This document shows positions 49,469 through 58,052 of a stretch of DNA of 64,000 bases, in pieces. Within the stretch, counting starts at the first letter, position 1, and every line of letters begins with the position of its first letter. Where the stretch lies: IMG/VR virus record IMGVR_UViG_3300042465_005589, positions 254,165 through 318,164 of that record. One strand, written 5' to 3'. The notes beneath the pieces are model-generated. The model saw only the letters and a program-made list of their open reading frames with translations. It did not search any database and was not told where the DNA came from. The translations under genes and the position numbers were made by a program.

Positions 49469-52400
49469 ATGTCGTTAAAGATTAACCATTACGATTTTAT
49501 TGAAATTGGTACGTCAGATTTTGATACTTTAATTGAAACCTCCAATGACAATACTGTCGGTATTAGTATTGAACCTATAAAATATTACATAAATAGATTA
49601 CCTGATAAACAGAATATTATTAAAGTCCAAGCGGCATTATCAACAACAGATGGTGAAGTCGATGTGTACTATATTGAAGATTCTAAAATAGAAGAGAATA
49701 ACTTACCTTGGTGGGTTAGAGGAAGTAACTCAATAAATAATCCTCACCCTTTTGCTATTAAAGAATTAGGTGAAGAATTATACAATAGTTTGGTAACTAT
49801 TGAAAAAGTTCCAACAATTAGTTGGGAAACATTAATTAAAAGATATGATGTTGGTTCAATCGGTTATCTAAAGATTGATACTGAAGGTCACGACCATATC
49901 ATCTTCAGAGATTTTTTAAACTATTGTAAAGAACATTCATTTCCAATCCCAAACAAAATAACACTAGAATATCACGATGGTGTGTCAAACAAAGTTGAGA
50001 TTGATAAATTAATATCGGAATTACCTGAATATCAAATTATCAAACACATTAGTGATATTACATTAATGAAACCTCTAATACCGAGAGTAATACATCAAAC
50101 ATATAAAACTAATGATTTACCAACAGAAATAAGTGAGGTAGTTCAAAGGTTAAAAGATATGAATCCAACTTTTGAGTATAAATTCTACAACGATAACGAT
50201 TGTGTTGAATTTATTAAAGAAAATTATGATGAAGAAACTCTTAATCTTTATTTAAGTATTAACCCAAATTATGGGTCGGCTAAATCTGATTTTTTTAGAT
50301 ACCTTTTAATGTATAAAGTTGGTGGTGTTTATTTGGATATTAAAAGTTGTACTACTAAACCTTTGGAAGAAGTTTTATTACCAACCGATGAATATCTATT
50401 AACTCATTGGGAAGGATTGGATTGGGCAGATGAATTAAAATATTATTTTGGCGAATTTCAAAATTGGCATATTATCTGTAAACCAAATCACCCATTTTTA
50501 AAAAGGGTAATTGAAATTGTTAAAGACAATATTAAAAATTATATTGGTGGGTCGGATAAATATTCTGTGTTAAGATTGACAGGTCCAATCGCTTATAGTA
50601 AAGGAATTATTGAACTTATATCTCAACATAAGAAAAATAGTGTTGATTCACCCGTTAGAGAATTTTTATTAGAAAACGAGATTGGGTTACAATATATGTC
50701 AACCACAATACATCATCATAATCTAATTGATAGTTCGTATTCAAAAAGAGAACCTTTAATTTTAAAAGATAAGGTTGAGAAATCATATCTATTATATGCA
50801 ACCGAAAACTATTTGGATGTTGCAAAGATGTGTATTAAATCAATCCGAGAATATAGTGATTTACCAATTTTCTTATATCTTATTAATTCTAATAAAGTTG
50901 TGGATATTAAAGATGTTGCAACCATAAATTGGAATGTAGAATTAGTTGATGATAATTCTGATAGATACATTCAAGAGGGTGACAATTTTTACATTAATAG
51001 AACCAATAAAACGATTTATAACATCTTAATACAAAAACCATTAATCACTAAAGACGTTTTATCTAAATACACTAAAACGGTTGCATTTATTGATTGTGAT
51101 TCAATTGCAACACCATATGTTGATAGAATCTTTGACTTATACGATAATGATAAAGATTACCCTTATTTTGTTGAAGGGATTTATGATTTTCTACACGTAG
51201 GTGAACGAGGTGGTGCTATGACTAGAGATGATATGTCAACCACGTTGGAACATCCGGCGTGTGAATTATTTAATGTTAATCAGTATGTTAGAGAAAAATA
51301 CCGACAAACAGGTTATTATGTTGCAAATGAAAAATGTATTGATTTTTTATACGAATGGTATCAAATGTGTTCTCACCCTGAAGTATTAAATAATATACCA
51401 TATTATGCGGCATATAATGAGGAGACCATCCTAAATGTGTTATTGTGGAAAAAATTAATATTTGATGGATTACCTTACATTTACGCTAACGGAAATTTAG
51501 AATTGATTGATAATATCTATTCAAACTACAATATTAGTGAAGAAAGTTTATGGATTAAGATTCCAAATAAGAAAGATGATTTGTTATTTATTCACGGAGA
51601 AAAGAACATTTTAGAAATGGGTAAAATAATATCAAAAATTAAAAACCATAATAAAGAAAAAATTAAAGTATTATTCTTGGCACCACATCTGTCAACCGGA
51701 GGGATGCCATCATTCCTATTAAAACGAATCGAATCGTTATTAGAATATTATAAAGATAAAACGGAATTATTTGTTGTGGAATATTCTAACCATAGTGACC
51801 ACTATGTGGTTCAAAAAAATAGAATTAAAAAATTAATACCTCCATCACATTTTTGGACGTTAGGTGAAGATAAAAACGAATTAAAGAAAATTATTGAGGA
51901 AAATTATTTTGACATAATTCACTTGGATGAAATGATTGAAGATTTTGATGCTCATAATAAATTATCAAATGAGTTAATGAATTTCATTTATAAAAATGAC
52001 CGAACTTGGAGAGTAGTGGAAACTTGTCATAACGTTGTATTCCAACCGGAAAAAGATAAAGTGTTTCATCCTGAAGCATACGCTTATTGTTCACCATTTC
52101 ATAAAGAATCAACATTCTTGAATATGCCATCGTATGGTGAAGTAATTGAATTTCCGTATAACCCTACAATTGTAATAGATAAAGAAAGTAATAAAGAAAA
52201 ATTAGGTTTAGACCCAAATAAAATTCACATTATAAATGTTGGATTATGGACACCAGGTAAAAATCAAGAAGAAGGTGTTGAGATTGCAAAATTAGTTGAG
52301 GGTATTCACCCTGAATTAGAATTCCATTTCATTGGGAATCAAGCACCTAACTTTCAAGATTATTGGATACCAATTATGAAAGATTTACCATCAAACGTTA

Positions 52401-53812
52401 AAGTATGGGGGGAGAAAGATAATGTTAGTGATTTTATGTGTGCCGCTGATGTATTGATGTTTAACTCAACTTGGGAATGTAATCCGTTAGTATTAAGAGA
52501 AGGTATTTCTTATGGATTAAAAATTTTAGCAAGAAACTTACCTCAATATATGGATATGTTTACACCTTATATAACACAATTGTCAGGTGATATTTTTGAC
52601 ATGAAAAATCAACTTTTAGATTTAATTAAAGATGAAAGTTATTACGAATTCCCAACATATAGAACAAAAGAATTTGCTGAAAAAAATTACGAGTTATACC
52701 AAAAAATATTAAACGAACCAATTAAAAAACAAACCATGATAGATAATGAAGTACAAATATTCCAACATTTTGTTAAAGAACCATTTTTAGAAATAAAAGG
52801 AACTGGAGACAAAGATTACAATGTTAAATTCTTTGATGAAGAAGGTATTTGTCATTATGAGAATACCATAAAACCAAATCATTGGGTTAAATTAAATAGA
52901 AGTTATTACACCAAATGGAGAGCAGTTGTTACTCGAGATAATGAGGTAATTTATGATAACACTATGGATTTAACAAATAAAAGAGTTTACATATCTTTCG
53001 ATAGTAAATCTTTAGGTGACTCGATTGCTTGGATTCCTTATGTTTTAGAATTTAAAAAGAAACACGATTGTAAAGTTATTGTATCTACATTTTGGAATCA
53101 TTTATTTGAAAATGAATATCCTGAAATTGAGTTTGTTGTACCGGGAACGACCGTACATAATCTTTATGCTATGTACACAATCGGATGGTTCTACAATACA
53201 GATAAAGAACCTGTATTACCAAACACAATACCATTACAACAAACAATTACTAACATATTAGGATTAGAATTTAAAGAGATTAAACCTAATATACACAACA
53301 CCATTCACCCAAGACCTTATCAAAAGAAATATGTTACCATAGCAACTAACTCAACAGCAGGGTGTAAATTTTGGACAAGAGAAGGATGGCAATCACTAAT
53401 TAACTATCTTCATAATTTAGGATATAAAGTAATAAACGTATCCAAAGAAGATAATCCGTTTGAAAATGCAAACAAGATTAAAAACACCTCAATTCATCAC
53501 ACAATGAATGTAATTCACCATAGCGAATTCTTTATCGGATTATCTAGTGGTTTATCTTGGTTAGCTTGGGCGTTAGGTAAACAAGTTGTAATGATTTCTA
53601 ACTTTACAAATGAGGAACATGAGTTTATGTTTAATTGTACTAGAATTGTAAATCATTCTGTTTGTAACGGATGTTGGAATAAACCTGAATTTACCTTTGA
53701 TAAAGGTGATTGGAATTGGTGTCCTGTTAATAAAGGAACTGAAAAACAATTTGAATGTCATAAATCGATAACACCGGAAATGGTTATTAATCAAATACAA
53801 CATTTACTATAA
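49469..53812 (+). CDS. Multidomain glycan-building enzyme: FkbM-like + GT32-like + DxD domain + GT4-like + Aah/TibC-like domain
   Basis: IEIGTSD/LKIDTEG; IPRVIHQT...SDFFRY...GGVYLD; FIDCD; LAPHLSTGG...GKNQ; SKSLGDSIAW...GLSSGLSWLAWA...CNGC...WCP...FEC. Confidence 0.75.
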   Translation: MSLKINHYDFIEIGTSDFDTLIETSNDNTVGISIEPIKYYINRLPDKQNIIKVQAALSTTDGEVDVYYIEDSKIEENNLPWWVRGSNSINNPHPFAIKELGEELYNSLVTIEKVPTISWETLIKRYDVGSIGYLKIDTEGHDHIIFRDFLNYCKEHSFPIPNKITLEYHDGVSNKVEIDKLISELPEYQIIKHISDITLMKPLIPRVIHQTYKTNDLPTEISEVVQRLKDMNPTFEYKFYNDNDCVEFIKENYDEETLNLYLSINPNYGSAKSDFFRYLLMYKVGGVYLDIKSCTTKPLEEVLLPTDEYLLTHWEGLDWADELKYYFGEFQNWHIICKPNHPFLKRVIEIVKDNIKNYIGGSDKYSVLRLTGPIAYSKGIIELISQHKKNSVDSPVREFLLENEIGLQYMSTTIHHHNLIDSSYSKREPLILKDKVEKSYLLYATENYLDVAKMCIKSIREYSDLPIFLYLINSNKVVDIKDVATINWNVELVDDNSDRYIQEGDNFYINRTNKTIYNILIQKPLITKDVLSKYTKTVAFIDCDSIATPYVDRIFDLYDNDKDYPYFVEGIYDFLHVGERGGAMTRDDMSTTLEHPACELFNVNQYVREKYRQTGYYVANEKCIDFLYEWYQMCSHPEVLNNIPYYAAYNEETILNVLLWKKLIFDGLPYIYANGNLELIDNIYSNYNISEESLWIKIPNKKDDLLFIHGEKNILEMGKIISKIKNHNKEKIKVLFLAPHLSTGGMPSFLLKRIESLLEYYKDKTELFVVEYSNHSDHYVVQKNRIKKLIPPSHFWTLGEDKNELKKIIEENYFDIIHLDEMIEDFDAHNKLSNELMNFIYKNDRTWRVVETCHNVVFQPEKDKVFHPEAYAYCSPFHKESTFLNMPSYGEVIEFPYNPTIVIDKESNKEKLGLDPNKIHIINVGLWTPGKNQEEGVEIAKLVEGIHPELEFHFIGNQAPNFQDYWIPIMKDLPSNVKVWGEKDNVSDFMCAADVLMFNSTWECNPLVLREGISYGLKILARNLPQYMDMFTPYITQLSGDIFDMKNQLLDLIKDESYYEFPTYRTKEFAEKNYELYQKILNEPIKKQTMIDNEVQIFQHFVKEPFLEIKGTGDKDYNVKFFDEEGICHYENTIKPNHWVKLNRSYYTKWRAVVTRDNEVIYDNTMDLTNKRVYISFDSKSLGDSIAWIPYVLEFKKKHDCKVIVSTFWNHLFENEYPEIEFVVPGTTVHNLYAMYTIGWFYNTDKEPVLPNTIPLQQTITNILGLEFKEIKPNIHNTIHPRPYQKKYVTIATNSTAGCKFWTREGWQSLINYLHNLGYKVINVSKEDNPFENANKIKNTSIHHTMNVIHHSEFFIGLSSGLSWLAWALGKQVVMISNFTNEEHEFMFNCTRIVNHSVCNGCWNKPEFTFDKGDWNWCPVNKGTEKQFECHKSITPEMVINQIQHLL

Positions 53813-54489
53813 TGGATTATAATAATTTTGATTGGGGATGGATGGGACAAAGTGAAGAAGGTTTGTTTCATAAAGAACAAATAACTCAAGAAACATTTGT
53901 TGATAAAATATATGAAAAGTTTTTTGAAGTTTCTGAAGGTGATATTGTTTTAGATTTTGGTGCTAGTGTTGGACCATTTACGTATAGTATTTTATCAAAA
54001 AAACCAAAACACGTATATTGTCTTGAACCAAGTGAATTTGAATTTCCCACATTAGTTAATAATACAGTTGGTCATCCGGTAACACCAATATTGAAGGGTG
54101 TCTCAAATACCAACACATATACTGAGGGTAATGACATTTATGGTGGTTCAAAACAAATGGAAGGAATTACTTTTAAAAAACTTTGTGAGTTATATAATTT
54201 AAAAACCATAGATTTTTTAAAAACAGATTGTGAGGGTGGTGAATACGATATTTTTAATGATGAGAATTTTGAATTTATTAAAAATAATGTCAAAAAAATC
54301 ACCGGTGAGTGGCATTTAGGTACACCAATTTTAAAAGAAAAATTTAAAAAATTCAGAGATACTTACTTACAATACTTTATAAATGTTGAGGTGTACTCAA
54401 TAGATGGTGTTAATGTAAAATGGAATTTAATGTCTGACAATTTTTTAGAACACTATACAGAAATAATAATACACATATATAACGTTTAA
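53812..54489 (+). CDS. FkbM-family methyltransferase
   Basis: VLDFGASVG, LEPS, FLKTDCEGGE. Confidence 0.85.
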   Translation: MDYNNFDWGWMGQSEEGLFHKEQITQETFVDKIYEKFFEVSEGDIVLDFGASVGPFTYSILSKKPKHVYCLEPSEFEFPTLVNNTVGHPVTPILKGVSNTNTYTEGNDIYGGSKQMEGITFKKLCELYNLKTIDFLKTDCEGGEYDIFNDENFEFIKNNVKKITGEWHLGTPILKEKFKKFRDTYLQYFINVEVYSIDGVNVKWNLMSDNFLEHYTEIIIHIYNV

Positions 54490-54493
54490 TTAA

Positions 54494-55312
54494 ATGAAAC
54501 AAATATTTTTTAACTCTTCCCTACCTAGAAGTGGAAGTACATTAATTCAGAATTTATTAGCTCAAAATCCTGAAATTTACTCAACACCAACATCAGGGTT
54601 GGTAGATTTTGTAATCGCTTGTAAAAACAATTACAATCACTCACAAGCATTCCAAGCTCAAAATCAAGATGAAATGACCAAAGCCTTTGTCGATTTTTGT
54701 CAAGATGGTATGCAAGGTTATTTTAAAAGACTTACTGATAAACCAATCGTAATCGATAAAAGTCGAGAATGGGGAATCAATTATGGTTTATTGGAAATGC
54801 TACAACCAAACCCAAAAATTATTTGTATGGTTAGAGATGTTAGAGCTGTCTATAGTTCAATGGAAAAGAATTTTAGAAAAAACCCTCATAGAGAAAATGG
54901 GATTCAAAGACCGGCAGAATTAATTGGGACAACCTTAAACAAACGTGTTGATATTTGGGCTAGTGGTGTTCCTGTTGGTGTTGCAATTGATAGGTTATTA
55001 GATACCATTCAACAAGGTATTGCCGAAAAAATGTTATTTATTCGTTACGAGGATTTAATGAGTAATCCTGAAGAAGAAATGAGTAGAATATACAATTATT
55101 TAGAACTACCATATTATGAAGGACATGACTTTGAGAATATATCTCAACTAACTCATGAAGATGATAGAGTACATGGGATATTTGGTGACCACCAATTAAG
55201 ACCTAAATTTGAAAGAAAACCGGATGATTACATGGAAGTGTTGGGGTATGAGATATCAATGAACATTAAAAATCATTATAAATGGTTTTATGACTATTTT
55301 GGATACGTATAA
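54494..55312 (+). CDS. PAPS-dependent sulfotransferase
   Basis: 5'-PSB loop LPRSGSTL, 3'-PB RDVRAVYSS, IRYEDL. Confidence 0.88.
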   Translation: MKQIFFNSSLPRSGSTLIQNLLAQNPEIYSTPTSGLVDFVIACKNNYNHSQAFQAQNQDEMTKAFVDFCQDGMQGYFKRLTDKPIVIDKSREWGINYGLLEMLQPNPKIICMVRDVRAVYSSMEKNFRKNPHRENGIQRPAELIGTTLNKRVDIWASGVPVGVAIDRLLDTIQQGIAEKMLFIRYEDLMSNPEEEMSRIYNYLELPYYEGHDFENISQLTHEDDRVHGIFGDHQLRPKFERKPDDYMEVLGYEISMNIKNHYKWFYDYFGYV

Positions 55313-55324
55313 AAAATTTTAATT

Positions 55325-55777
55325 ATGGCAATATATTGGTTTACAGGTCAGCCCGGAGCAGGTAAGACCACATTAGCAAAACAACTTAAAGATTATCTAC
55401 ACCCAAGTAATGTAATGCTTGTTGATGGAGATGACATTAGAGATGTGTTTCAGAATAAAGATTACTCTGAAAATGGCAGAAGAAAAAATATTGAGAAAGC
55501 ACAAGACATCTCATTATTTTTAGATTCAAAAGGATTTGATGTAATAGTTTCATTAGTATCTCCTTATAAAGACCAACGTGATGAATTTAAAAACAAACAT
55601 AATGTTTTAGAGTTTTACATTCACACCGAAGATATTAGAGGAAGAGAAGATTATCACGTATCTAACTATGAACCACCAACTGAAAATTTTGTGGATGTGG
55701 ATACAACAAATGTTATTGAACAAATCTCTATAGGAATAATTATAAATAAAATTAATGAATATAAATTAAATGGATAA
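55325..55777 (+). CDS. cysC: Adenylylsulfate (APS) kinase
   Basis: WFTGQPGAGKTT, LVDGDDIR, VSLVSPY, YEPP. Confidence 0.88.
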   Translation: MAIYWFTGQPGAGKTTLAKQLKDYLHPSNVMLVDGDDIRDVFQNKDYSENGRRKNIEKAQDISLFLDSKGFDVIVSLVSPYKDQRDEFKNKHNVLEFYIHTEDIRGREDYHVSNYEPPTENFVDVDTTNVIEQISIGIIINKINEYKLNG

Positions 55778-56180
55778 TTGGGAAAGAAAAACACACGTAC
55801 AAGCAGCATTCGCTTCATCATCGTCAAATAAAAAATATTCAATGTTTGTAGGTAGATGGCAACCGTGGCATCATGGTCATAGAGCATTAATTGACCAACA
55901 ATTGAATAGAGATAAAAATATCCTACTATGTGTTAGAGATGTTGAAATTGATGATAAAAATCCGTTTTCAACAGAATGGGTTATTGAAAACTTAAACAAA
56001 GAATTAAAAGACCTAATTGATGAAGGAAGATTAGTGATTCAGGTTATTCCGGATATAGAAAGTGTTAATATTGGTAGAGGTGTTGGATATGATGTTTATG
56101 AACATTTCCCTCCTGAGGATATTAAAAACATTTCTGCAACAAAAATTAGAGAACAAATGAAAAAAGACGGTAAACTATAA
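55770..56180 (+). CDS. HxGH-class nucleotidyltransferase (candidate minimal ATP sulfurylase)
   Basis: GRWQPWHHGH, KNPF, ISATKIR; coupled between cysC and DUF2061. Confidence 0.7.
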   Translation: MDNWERKTHVQAAFASSSSNKKYSMFVGRWQPWHHGHRALIDQQLNRDKNILLCVRDVEIDDKNPFSTEWVIENLNKELKDLIDEGRLVIQVIPDIESVNIGRGVGYDVYEHFPPEDIKNISATKIREQMKKDGKL

Positions 56181-56395
56181 TGGTAGAAGTAAAACGACAC
56201 ATAGGTAAAGCCGTTAGTTATAGAATGTTAGGGACATTACAAACCTGTATAATCTCATACTTATTTACAGGAAATTTTTTGATTTCAGGTAGTATCGGAT
56301 TAACAGAATTATGTATAAAACCATTAATATATTTCCTACACGAAAGAGTGTGGTATAAATGGATAAAGTTTGGATTAAAAGAAAATAAAGAATAA
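56180..56395 (+). CDS. DUF2061-like small membrane protein
   Basis: KAVSYRMLGTLQT...TG...IG...E...K...YFLHERVW. Confidence 0.75.
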   Translation: MVEVKRHIGKAVSYRMLGTLQTCIISYLFTGNFLISGSIGLTELCIKPLIYFLHERVWYKWIKFGLKENKE

Positions 56396-56396
56396 T

Positions 56397-56432
56397 ATGA
56401 ATGTAATTTTTCAAATCAAACTATTTATATAA
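56397..56432 (+). pseudogene. Remnant duplicate of the GT9-like gene start (MNVIFQIKLFI*)
   Basis: ATGAATGTAATTTTT matches ATGAATGTAATATTT at 57143 in 14 of 15 nt; begins 1 nt after the DUF2061 stop. Confidence 0.65.
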
Positions 56433-56447
56433 TAAAATAAGTTTAAA

Positions 56448-57146
56448 ATGGAAAATAATATTTGTGTTTATTTACATAAAAAACCTAATGGTGATATATT
56501 TTATGTGGGAATTGGGACTAATAAAAGACCTTATGAAAAATTTAGAAAAAATGTATATTGGAAAAATATAACAAATAAATACCCTAATTATATTATTGAA
56601 ATAATTGAAGAAAATTTAACTTGGGAAGATGCCTGTATTATTGAAAAACAATTAATTAGAAAATACGGTAGAAAATGTGATGGTGGTATATTATGTAATA
56701 TAACTTTAGGTGGTGATGGGGTTTATGGTTTAAAACATTCTCAAGAAACTAAAGAAAAATTAAAAAAATTATCAACCGGAAATAAAAATTGTGTTGGATT
56801 TAAACATACTGAAATAACTAAAGTAAATATGAGTAAATCTCATTTAGGTAAAATAACACCAAAAGAAGTTAGAGAAAAAATGTCAAAAACTCATTTAGGT
56901 AGACCAGGTAGAGAATCAGATAAATTAAATGTTAAAAAGGCACATATTAAAAATATAGGTAGAGTTCAAAATGAGGATGAAAAAGAAAAAAGAGCCAAAA
57001 AATTATGTAAACCAATTGAGGTTAATGGTGTAATATATGAATCAATAAAACAATATTCTGAAATAACTAATATTAACCGAAGTAAAGTTTGGCGAAATTT
57101 AAAAGACGAAAAAAATAAAAACTACAAATACATAAATAAAAAATGA
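56448..57146 (+). CDS. GIY-YIG-like homing endonuclease with NUMOD3 repeats
   Basis: CVYLH...FYVGIG...R...EKQLI...CNITLGGDG; HSQETKEKL and HTEITKVNMSKSH; promoter motif at 56422-56429. Confidence 0.8.
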   Translation: MENNICVYLHKKPNGDIFYVGIGTNKRPYEKFRKNVYWKNITNKYPNYIIEIIEENLTWEDACIIEKQLIRKYGRKCDGGILCNITLGGDGVYGLKHSQETKEKLKKLSTGNKNCVGFKHTEITKVNMSKSHLGKITPKEVREKMSKTHLGRPGRESDKLNVKKAHIKNIGRVQNEDEKEKRAKKLCKPIEVNGVIYESIKQYSEITNINRSKVWRNLKDEKNKNYKYINKK

Positions 57147-58018
57147 ATGTAATATTTTCTATAGAAGGTGGATTAGGAAAATCCATAATGGGTACGGCAG
57201 TATTAAAAGCAATAAAAAAACAATATAGTAAAGCTAACATAATTGTTGTTAGTAGTTATCCGGATGTCTTTATTGGTAATCCAAACGTTAATAAAGTTTT
57301 GACTCACGAAACAATGAGTGGGATATATGAAAAATATATCATGGGTAAAGAAGCAAAAGTATTTGTTTCTGACCCATACTCAACTTCAGATTATATTACC
57401 GAAGAAAAACATCTAATTCAGTTATGGTGTGAAATGTATGGTCTAAATTACAATGGTGAAAAACCTGAATTATTTATAAGTAAAGCCGAAAAACAATACT
57501 TTGAAGGGTTCTATAAGTTAGATAAACCAATTATGGTTATTCAACCTCATGGGGGTGCATTTAACCAACCGTTAAAATATAGTTGGACAAGAGATATACC
57601 TCAACCAATTATGCAAGACATTATAAATCATTTTGCAAATGATTACGCTATCTTACACGTTAAACGAGAAGACCAAATTATTTACGAAAATACGTTCCAA
57701 GCATTAGATTCATTTAGAAGTATTGCTGTATTATTGAGTATGGCAACAAAACGATTATTAATCGATAGTAGTGTTATGCACATTGCGACGGCATTAAATT
57801 TACCATCAGTGGTGACTTGGGTTGGGACAAATCCGGAAGTATTTGGTTTTGATATTCACAATAATATTGTTGCCAATGAACCAACCAAAACACCTGATTT
57901 AAATCATCCACATTATTCTAAATATCTGTTATTCCAAGATATTAGCACTATACCTTATAACGACCTATATGAAGTATTTGATACTCAAAAAATTATAGAA
58001 GCGATTAATCAACAATAA
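57143..58018 (+). CDS. GT9-like (GT-B) glycosyltransferase
   Basis: GGLGKSIM, IQPHGG, IDSSVMHIATALNLPSVVTW. Confidence 0.75.
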   Translation: MNVIFSIEGGLGKSIMGTAVLKAIKKQYSKANIIVVSSYPDVFIGNPNVNKVLTHETMSGIYEKYIMGKEAKVFVSDPYSTSDYITEEKHLIQLWCEMYGLNYNGEKPELFISKAEKQYFEGFYKLDKPIMVIQPHGGAFNQPLKYSWTRDIPQPIMQDIINHFANDYAILHVKREDQIIYENTFQALDSFRSIAVLLSMATKRLLIDSSVMHIATALNLPSVVTWVGTNPEVFGFDIHNNIVANEPTKTPDLNHPHYSKYLLFQDISTIPYNDLYEVFDTQKIIEAINQQ

Positions 58019-58021
58019 TAA

Positions 58022-58048
58022 AAAACCCCTCTTTATCGGAGGGGTTTT
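58022..58048. terminator. Bidirectional intrinsic terminator
   Basis: AAAACCCCTC-N7-GAGGGGTTTT between convergent genes. Confidence 0.85.
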
Positions 58049-58052
58049 CTTT

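Noticed and set aside
56397-57146. Group I intron splitting the GT9-like gene
   Set aside because: The endonuclease ORF fills nearly the whole insert leaving no room for a ribozyme core, and the downstream gene has its own ATG.
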